Below are positions 25,760 through 32,000 of a DNA stretch of 32,000 bases, piece after piece. The DNA lies in NCBI GenBank assembly GCA_002368335.1, contig AP018288.1:1187343-1219342 (forward strand). The letters run 5' to 3'. The notes under the pieces were generated by a model that was not told the DNA's origin, did not search any database, and saw only the letters and a program-made list of their open reading frames with translations. Each line of letters opens with the position of its first letter. The stretch's first letter is position 1. The translations under genes were made by a program, and so were the position numbers. The stretch is from Nostoc sp. NIES-4103. Lineage in GTDB: Bacteria > Cyanobacteriota > Cyanobacteriia > Cyanobacteriales > Nostocaceae.

Positions 25760-26881
25760 ATGACAGCTACAAACGGAAAGCACAAAATTCGTTACGCCGT
25801 TGTTGGTTTAGGTTGGTTTGCTCAACAAGCCGCCTTACCTGCATTTACTCATGCCGAAAACTCTCAATTAGTTGCTTTAGTTTCAGATGACCCTACTAAA
25901 CTTGAAGAACTTAGCAAAAAGTACGGTATCGAGCGTACTTACTCCTATGACGAGTACGAGGACTGTCTGACAAGCGGTGAGGTTGATGCAGTTTATATTG
26001 CACTGCCTAATCATCTGCACCGTGATTATACTGTGCGTGCAGCTAATCAGGCAATTCACGTACTGTGTGAAAAGCCAATGGCTGTAACTGAACAAGAATG
26101 TGAGGACATGATTAAAGCCGCCAATGACAACGGCGTGAAATTGATGATTGCTTACCGCTTACACTTAGAACCAGCCAACTTACAAGCGATCGAGATTATA
26201 CGTTCAGGGCAAATTGGTGAACCGCGCATCTTTAACTCGGTTTTCACTCAACAAGTAGAGCAGGGTAACATTCGTTTACGAGATGTTACAGGTGGTGGCA
26301 CGCTTTATGATATCGGCATCTATTGCATTAACGCTGCACGTTATCTATTTCAAGATGAACCAATTGAAGTTTTTGCCATAGCTGCTAATAAGGGAGAACA
26401 ACGCTTCAGCGAAGTAGAAGAAATGGCCAGCGTCATCTTGCGTTTTCCCAATGAGCGAGTAGCAACCTTTACCTGTAGCTTTGGCGCAGCAAGTGTTTCG
26501 ACTTATCAAATTGTAGGTACCAAAGGCGACTTGCGAGTAGATCCTGCCTATCCATGGCAGGGAGAACTCAAGCATTATCTGACAATTAATGGTGAAACCC
26601 AAGAGCGCACTTTTGCAGATCACGATCAGCTAGCAGCCGAATTTGTCTACTTTTCAGACTGTATTCTACAAGATAAAGACCCAGAGCCATCGGGGATAGA
26701 AGGTTTAAACGATGTTCGCATCATTCAGGCGCTTTATGATTCAATTCAAACTGGTCAACCTGTACAAGTACAGACTATTCAACGCCCTCAACAAGCCACA
26801 TCAGCTCAAACCATTGAACGTCCCCCTCTTGAGGAGAAGCCAGAACTAATTCATGCGGCTGAACCTTCTGCTAAGTCGTAA
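25760..26881 (+). CDS. Gfo/Idh/MocA-family NAD(P)-dependent oxidoreductase
   Basis: Rossmann N-terminus IRYAVVGLGWFAQQAALPAF and the EKP motif VLCEKPMAVT. The length is 373 aa. Confidence 0.88.
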   Translation: MTATNGKHKIRYAVVGLGWFAQQAALPAFTHAENSQLVALVSDDPTKLEELSKKYGIERTYSYDEYEDCLTSGEVDAVYIALPNHLHRDYTVRAANQAIHVLCEKPMAVTEQECEDMIKAANDNGVKLMIAYRLHLEPANLQAIEIIRSGQIGEPRIFNSVFTQQVEQGNIRLRDVTGGGTLYDIGIYCINAARYLFQDEPIEVFAIAANKGEQRFSEVEEMASVILRFPNERVATFTCSFGAASVSTYQIVGTKGDLRVDPAYPWQGELKHYLTINGETQERTFADHDQLAAEFVYFSDCILQDKDPEPSGIEGLNDVRIIQALYDSIQTGQPVQVQTIQRPQQATSAQTIERPPLEEKPELIHAAEPSAKS

Positions 26882-26894
26882 TACTAAAAAAGCT

Positions 26895-26916
26895 CCTCTC
26901 CCAAGGGTGGGAGAGG
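26895..26916. terminator. 9-bp GC-rich hairpin between convergent genes
   Basis: cctctccca-aggg-tgggagagg lies 14 nt after the oxidoreductase stop. It uses the same sequence motif as the dispersed palindromic elements and has no strong T-run. Confidence 0.45.
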
Positions 26917-26954
26917 AATTTAGAATCAGGTTAAGGGTTTATGCAAGAAGTCTA

Positions 26955-27275
26955 TTAATTTTTTTTGATTTCACGAGCCATCTTGAGGTAATAGTCCATT
27001 TTGGCTTCAGGACGACGGCGTTTAGTCGTGGGAGTTTCAGCTATATTATCCTGCTTAGTTTCAGCAATCTCTTGAGGCGAAATTCGTTTTATACTTTGCG
27101 CCTCATCAGATTCTAAGAAACTAGTAGAACTGTTGTATCCGAAGATGTTAACGAAAAAGCCAAAGATATTTCTGATAAAATTCGCTAAGATTTTCAAAAA
27201 TATAGTTAAAAAGCCTTCAATACGAATGAAAAAGTTGCGAATAAATTGAGGAAGACGAACCATAGCGACCTCCAT
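26955..27275 (-). CDS. hypothetical small protein (hydrophobic/amphipathic N-terminus, charged C-terminus)
   Basis: 106-aa ORF with FIRNFFIRIEGFLTIFLKILANFIRNIFGFFVNIFG and then a charged tail. It is preferred over the overlapping plus-strand ORF 26853-27116. Confidence 0.45.
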   Translation of the reverse strand: MEVAMVRLPQFIRNFFIRIEGFLTIFLKILANFIRNIFGFFVNIFGYNSSTSFLESDEAQSIKRISPQEIAETKQDNIAETPTTKRRRPEAKMDYYLKMAREIKKN

Positions 27276-27490
27276 GAATACCTATTAATATTGTGTTCTA
27301 ATTTCACAATCCTAGGTTAAGCACTTAAAGATTCTCTATGAACATAGAATATAAAATTTATGATACTTATTGAATAATTATTCAGATCAACTGAGGTACA
27401 GAGTAATTGTAGAAGCAATTACTGAATTGCTTCTACGGTTTTGCTATCAATGCAATAAGGCATTGCTTTTTCTAGCTGAACAGAGAAGTC

Positions 27491-27958
27491 TTACTTAATA
27501 TGGTGTTCCGTCTGATAAATAAACTTTCTAGATATGCCATCAGGGCTGGCTTCTGTGGTCAAATCTGGATGTTCGGGATAAATCGCTTGATCATTGGGGG
27601 TACGGTCTCCTACTTCTAAATAAACGGCAACCACCGATGATTGATTTATTAAATGATGCCCATTTGCTTCACCTGCGGGAAATCCTGCTGCCATTCCTGG
27701 TGTGAGAATTTCTGCTCCTGCATCTGTAACCAAGGTCAGTTCACCCTCCAAAACATAGATGAACTCATCTTGATGAGAATGCCAGTGTCTTAAAGCAGAA
27801 CAGCTTCCTGGCTCTAATGTCACCAGATTGACTCCAAAATTATTTAATCCTGCAAAGTTGCCTAATCGTTGTCGTATTCGTCCTGCAACCATTGGCTTGA
27901 ACTCATCGGGGTAAGCTGTGCCTCTTTCAGTAGGCACTTGTTTAGGGTCGATAATCAT
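27491..27958 (-). CDS. cupin-domain protein
   Basis: Cupin motifs are RHWHSHQDEFIYVLEGEL and GMAAGFPAGEANGHHLIN. The likely start is MIIDPKQVP at 27958; the track ORF extends to 28003. Confidence 0.8.
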   Translation of the reverse strand: MIIDPKQVPTERGTAYPDEFKPMVAGRIRQRLGNFAGLNNFGVNLVTLEPGSCSALRHWHSHQDEFIYVLEGELTLVTDAGAEILTPGMAAGFPAGEANGHHLINQSSVVAVYLEVGDRTPNDQAIYPEHPDLTTEASPDGISRKFIYQTEHHIK

Positions 27959-28106
27959 AAAATTAGTAATATACTTACGCAAAACTACGGCTTGTAGCGA
28001 CAATTCATCAATTGCCGCTACATGAAAATCAGGGTTTTGGCTGGAAACAATTACCCCACCAGCATTTGAGGGGGCGCACGTCTGGCTGTATTCATTCCCT
28101 TGTCGC

Positions 28107-28544
28107 TTATGCCTTGGTGTAGTTATCGATTACCTTGGCAAAGTCTGGCACTGCTTCTTCTACATGTTGCTTGGCTGAACCGCGAAATTTTTCATAGGTT
28201 CCTCGTACAATTTGGCGCTTTACACTCTTGATCCTATTATCAGTAACACTCAGTAGTGCGTCCGCTGTGCGATCGCGACTGGTAATGAGATACTCAACAG
28301 GATCACCTTTGTCTAAGCCTTCATTCCAGATCGGATCAAGCGCCGTCAAACACTGTGGTAAAATCTGCTCAACAACATAGGGGATGTAGCCGGGCTTGAT
28401 TCCCTTGAGGGCAGCGAAAGCAGTTTTCAAGGCGATACCACTGATACCTGACTTTGCAGCTAGCTGCGCTTCGATCATGTTGCAGCAGTCATCAACAACC
28501 TGAGCTTTTTTGTTTGGGTTCGAGAGTCCGTCATTAAGTCCCAT
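28107..28544 (-). CDS. hypothetical protein
   Basis: 145-aa ATG ORF with normal composition. No family recognised. Confidence 0.55.
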   Translation of the reverse strand: MGLNDGLSNPNKKAQVVDDCCNMIEAQLAAKSGISGIALKTAFAALKGIKPGYIPYVVEQILPQCLTALDPIWNEGLDKGDPVEYLITSRDRTADALLSVTDNRIKSVKRQIVRGTYEKFRGSAKQHVEEAVPDFAKVIDNYTKA

Positions 28545-28726
28545 GTCACTCCTCTTTGGTGTCTTTGCACCTAATTTTCACGCTTACTACTTTCTTAGAA
28601 TAAGAAATCACAATAGAAAATGGTAAGCGAATGTGCATTGAAATTGCACGTTTTGTGCTTAAGAGCGTCATATCCTTTGGTTAAAGACTGATCATCAAGA
28701 CTGAAGACTGTGATCATCAGTAGATA

Positions 28727-28777
28727 AAAAGGGAAATTACAGTTAGCTGCGGTCAGCAGCCCTGATTTCCCCTTTTT
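28727..28777. terminator. terminator-like compound hairpin in a divergent intergenic region
   Basis: The structure reads aaaagggaaat...gctgc-ggtca-gcagc...atttccccttttt. T/A runs on both sides make it potentially bidirectional. Confidence 0.35.
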
Positions 28778-29076
28778 GTGCTTTGGTGGTATTTTGCCAG
28801 AGGCGATCGCCTAAGAGAACACTCATCACCACAATTTTTGCTATTTGAGTTCGTAAACTTCACCTTCAAGGTTATCCTTTGATGACAAAATTTAGACCTC
28901 AATTACACAAGCAATTGCAAACTGCTTGATTTATCAGTATTTGCAGTTTTTTCAGCAGAAATTTACCGTAAAACAATTAGAACACAGGCATTTTGGTAGA
29001 ATTTGATAATTTAGTAGTAACAGTAAAACTACTTAAACTAGTGCTTAACAGTCTTGTTCATTTCAAATAAAGTATT

Positions 29077-29934
29077 ATGTCCGAGTTATTTTGTGTCTCA
29101 GGGTGCGAGAATCCTCAACGCAGCGGCGATGTAATTTTTATTCATGGTTTGGCAGGTGATGCATGGGGAACTTGGCATTACCAAGACCGACGCGATCGCA
29201 GCGATCGTGATTTTTGGCTGACTTGGCTCCAAAACGACTTAACACACAAAGGAATTGATGTGGGAGTTTGGACTTTTGGGTACGATGCAGCACGTTTTCA
29301 ATTTAGTGGTTCAGCAATGCCCAGGTTTGACCAAGCCAGCAACTTACTAGAATTTTTACAAGTAAGGGAAATTGGTGAGCGGCCAGTAGTATTCGTTACC
29401 CATAGTATGGGTGGGTTGCTAGTGAAAGAAATGCTTCGCACCGCACAAAATTTCCGAATGCAGACTCTGATCGAGGAGACTAAGGGAATTGTTTTTTTAT
29501 CCACGCCACACACAGGTTCTCATTTAGCAAAATTAATTGATCATTTCAGCATCTTGGTGCGACCTACAGTCAACGTTGAAGAATTGAAGGCGCACGTACC
29601 AGCATTACGTAGCCTCAACGAGTGGTACCGGCAGAATGTTCAGAGTTTGGCAATTGATACCAAGGTATTTTATGAAACCCAGCCGACAGCGGGAATTTTG
29701 GTTGTGGATGAGGATAGTGCAAACCCAGGTATTGTAAATGTTAACCCAGTAGCGATCGCCAAAGACCATAATCAAATTGCCAAACCCAGTTCCAAAGAAG
29801 ATTTAGTCTATCTCAGTGTCAAGCAGTTTATTGAAAAACATATAAAACCGCGACCACAACTGCCTTCTAGTGACACAATTCTTTTACAAAGACCCAATTT
29901 TGTGAAATCTGAAAACCCTCATTATCCCCTCTGA
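29077..29934 (+). CDS. alpha/beta-hydrolase, PGAP1/DUF676/SesB-like putative lipase-esterase
   Basis: SGDVIFIHGLAGDAWGTW (oxyanion region), nucleophile elbow FVTHSMGGLLVKEML, acidic VVDEDSA, and a histidine motif AKDHNQIAKP. Confidence 0.8.
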   Translation: MSELFCVSGCENPQRSGDVIFIHGLAGDAWGTWHYQDRRDRSDRDFWLTWLQNDLTHKGIDVGVWTFGYDAARFQFSGSAMPRFDQASNLLEFLQVREIGERPVVFVTHSMGGLLVKEMLRTAQNFRMQTLIEETKGIVFLSTPHTGSHLAKLIDHFSILVRPTVNVEELKAHVPALRSLNEWYRQNVQSLAIDTKVFYETQPTAGILVVDEDSANPGIVNVNPVAIAKDHNQIAKPSSKEDLVYLSVKQFIEKHIKPRPQLPSSDTILLQRPNFVKSENPHYPL

Positions 29935-30035
29935 ATACCGGTGTTAAAGATTCGGAGGGGATAAATACTTATATTGACTTTCTCATTATTAAAATTTGCA
30001 CAGAACCTGTTGATAAACAACAGGTTAACCTTTAC

Positions 30036-30560
30036 TTGATTGCGAATTTTAATGAACAGCGGCTAAGTATAGATGGTGTTACAATTCAGTTCGGGTTAAA
30101 ACGCGGACAACTGAGGCTGCGTTTGCGAAATGGAAATATACCTATTGAATCTATAGATACGTCTCAATTCCTTAATTTTGAGGTTGATTTCAAGGGAGGA
30201 TCGGAGAATAATATATGTTGGGTTTTTAATTTAAAAACTAAAGAATCTCAAGTTTTAAAAGGTTTACTTAAGAAAACTAGGCTAGGAACTGTATCCAAAG
30301 GTATACAGCAACTAAGTCCACAGGATGTAAACATGGAAAATAACGGAGTCTGTTCTGTGGAGGCAAGTTTTGAAATGGTTTCCATTACAGATGTATTTAT
30401 AACTGAGATTGAGGATGAGCAACCCTATTTCACAAAAAAGGAAATTACAGGATTACTTCAAAAGAAAAAAATGAAAACAGTCATAGGAAGAAAAATTTTT
30501 AAAGAACATTTGCAAACACTATTTGAACCTTGCATACTTCAGGCGGATTTTGATGTATGA
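30036..30560 (+). CDS. hypothetical protein, middle gene of the hydrolase cluster
   Basis: 174-aa ORF with a TTG start. The frame is open from 29913 with no ATG or GTG. The stop overlaps the next gene's start (ATGA at 30557-30560). No family recognised. Confidence 0.5.
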   Translation: MIANFNEQRLSIDGVTIQFGLKRGQLRLRLRNGNIPIESIDTSQFLNFEVDFKGGSENNICWVFNLKTKESQVLKGLLKKTRLGTVSKGIQQLSPQDVNMENNGVCSVEASFEMVSITDVFITEIEDEQPYFTKKEITGLLQKKKMKTVIGRKIFKEHLQTLFEPCILQADFDV

Positions 30561-32000
30561 AAAACCAACTATTTTTACCAGATTTATTGCAAGAGTTAGT
30601 CCAAACTCAAACAAACAAATTCTCTGAAATAGTGCAAATTGCTGGTCTGAACCTCACTGAAGATTTTGTAGGCGTTGACCTCAGTGGTGAAGACCTAAGC
30701 GAAGATAATTTGAGCAAAGCAAACTTGAGTTTTGCCGATTTAAGCGAGACTAATCTAAGATGTACTAACCTCAGCGGTGCTAACCTCAGCGGTGCTAACT
30801 TAAGCGGTGCTAACTTGAGAAACGCCAACTTAAGCGGTGCTAACTTAAGCGATGCAAATCTCACTGATGCTAACCTAAGTGGTGTTGATCTTAAAGGTGC
30901 TATCCTCAGTGACGCCAACCTCAACGGTGCTAACCTCAGAAAAGCAGACTTGACTGATGCTAACCTGAAAAATGCAAATCTAACTGATGCTAATCTCAGC
31001 GAGACTAGTTTAAACAAAACTGCTGATCTAGTTAATATAATTACTAATAAGTCTACACATGTTCAGGAATCAATCAAGAGCAAAGAGCCAAAACAAAAGG
31101 CATTTGAACCACTTTTGGAAACTGACGAAAAAATTGCCCAGGCAACTTCAGACTTGGTTGGGCTAGAAAAAATCTTAGAAGATGTTTGTAGAGAAGTTCA
31201 AGACTTACTAGGCTTTGACTTTGTTGGCATATCATTGGTGATGCCAGAGCAAGATACTATTGAATCAGTATATGGTACTGGGATTGCAAGTAGATGGGTT
31301 GATCAAGCCAAGCATTACGTCAAGGCAGACCCAGATTTAAGAGATATCCAGGCACATATCATTAAAACTTGTGATACTGAAATTATTTCTGGTTGGGACA
31401 AGCGATTTGATCGCTGGGTTTATGAAAGGTTTAATCATGACCGATTGACTCGTATTTTTACGCCCATTTTCTTAGTTTATGATGAGCAAGGAAAAGTAGT
31501 AGAAGATTGGTTTCAATACTATGAATGGGATGAAAATTTTGTAGCAGATAAAGGTGAAGGAAACAATCGGATTATCCGGATGAAGACACTACCTACTGCT
31601 TCTTTGCCTGAAGTTATCGGCACATTGGAAGCAGGATATGAAAATCCCAAAAAACCAATTACAGATGAACAAGCAACCTTACTAGCTCAACTGATTGGAC
31701 GGCGGGCATTAGATATTCGTCGTGGTCGGTTACGTTATGTTTTAGAAACGATTGCAGAGAATGCTAAAAATATTTTTCAAGCTGACTTAACTACTTTGCA
31801 TTTTTTATGGGAACCACATCAAGAACGTTACATTTATGAAGTCTTTGCAGGAGACCTCGGTAATGCAACGTTAGATAAATTTTCACCTCGCAAGAATGGA
31901 TTAGGATGGCAAAGTATTTATGAAAGAAAACTCAAATATATTACATATTCATCTCCAATCACTGAAAATTTAGAAATAGATTTAAATCAGGGAGTATTGG
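30557..32000 (+). CDS. pentapeptide-repeat protein with C-terminal GAF-like domain(s); 3' end lies beyond the window
   Basis: I translated this frame by hand and found no stop from ATG 30557 to the window end (481 codons). It has about 23 A(D/N)LxG-type pentapeptides (VDLSGEDLSEDNLSKANLSFADLSETNLRCTNLSGANLSGANLSGANLRNANLSGANLSDANL...). GAF-like starts follow: LEKILEDVCREVQDLLGFDFVGISLV and LETIAENAKNIFQADLTTLHFLW. It is not in the supplied track because it has no stop. Confidence 0.8.
   Translation, partial: MKNQLFLPDLLQELVQTQTNKFSEIVQIAGLNLTEDFVGVDLSGEDLSEDNLSKANLSFADLSETNLRCTNLSGANLSGANLSGANLRNANLSGANLSDANLTDANLSGVDLKGAILSDANLNGANLRKADLTDANLKNANLTDANLSETSLNKTADLVNIITNKSTHVQESIKSKEPKQKAFEPLLETDEKIAQATSDLVGLEKILEDVCREVQDLLGFDFVGISLVMPEQDTIESVYGTGIASRWVDQAKHYVKADPDLRDIQAHIIKTCDTEIISGWDKRFDRWVYERFNHDRLTRIFTPIFLVYDEQGKVVEDWFQYYEWDENFVADKGEGNNRIIRMKTLPTASLPEVIGTLEAGYENPKKPITDEQATLLAQLIGRRALDIRRGRLRYVLETIAENAKNIFQADLTTLHFLWEPHQERYIYEVFAGDLGNATLDKFSPRKNGLGWQSIYERKLKYITYSSPITENLEIDLNQGVL

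Noticed and set aside
26853-27116. Plus-strand 87-aa ORF overlapping the oxidoreductase 3' end and the minus-strand 106-aa ORF.
   Set aside because: It starts inside the upstream gene and reads through the hairpin at 26895-26916. Its composition looks non-coding, so the minus-strand ORF is preferred, itself with only moderate confidence.
30607-31017. Minus-strand 136-aa ORF rich in L/A/S/R/K repeats (track entry).
   Set aside because: It is the reverse-complement shadow of the plus-strand pentapeptide-repeat codons. The plus frame is open for 481 codons and encodes recognisable domains.

Overview
The window looks like chromosomal DNA from a filamentous Nostoc/Anabaena-type cyanobacterium. 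HIP1 octamers (GCGATCGC) are frequent, heptanucleotide STRR arrays fill several intergenic gaps, small palindromic dispersed elements are present, and there is a full-length chlH. Housekeeping or ordinary genes are a hybrid PAS histidine kinase, an LpxB-like glycosyltransferase, chlH, a Gfo/Idh/MocA oxidoreductase, a cupin, an FkbM methyltransferase and a DUF62-like protein. They are interleaved with three accessory, conflict-type regions. (1) About 4.9-12.4 kb holds an XPB-like helicase overlapping a DUF790/Bax1-like nuclease, followed 1 nt later by an antitoxin plus a truncated PIN toxin. Next comes an NLR-like NB-ARC/TPR STAND gene whose N-terminal module is cut off by a single in-frame TGA and whose NB-ARC domain carries an in-frame palindromic mini-element. 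A hicBA pair and a frameshifted hicB follow. (2) About 20.2-24.2 kb is an AT-rich islet with an AIPR-type abortive-infection gene that is preceded by two CRP-consensus sites and truncated by a ~1.5 kb IS with terminal inverted repeats. It also holds vapBC, an orphan antitoxin with a collapsed toxin remnant, and an orphan hicB. (3) About 29.1 kb to the window end holds a tight cluster: a SesB/PGAP1-type alpha/beta-hydrolase, an unknown 174-aa ORF, and a pentapeptide-repeat/GAF protein. That last gene is absent from the supplied ORF track because it runs off the window. I regard the split NLR-like locus, the XPB/DUF790 pair and the hydrolase/unknown/pentapeptide-GAF cluster as the best candidates for an uncharacterised system. 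All family assignments come from motif recognition by eye and need profile searches.
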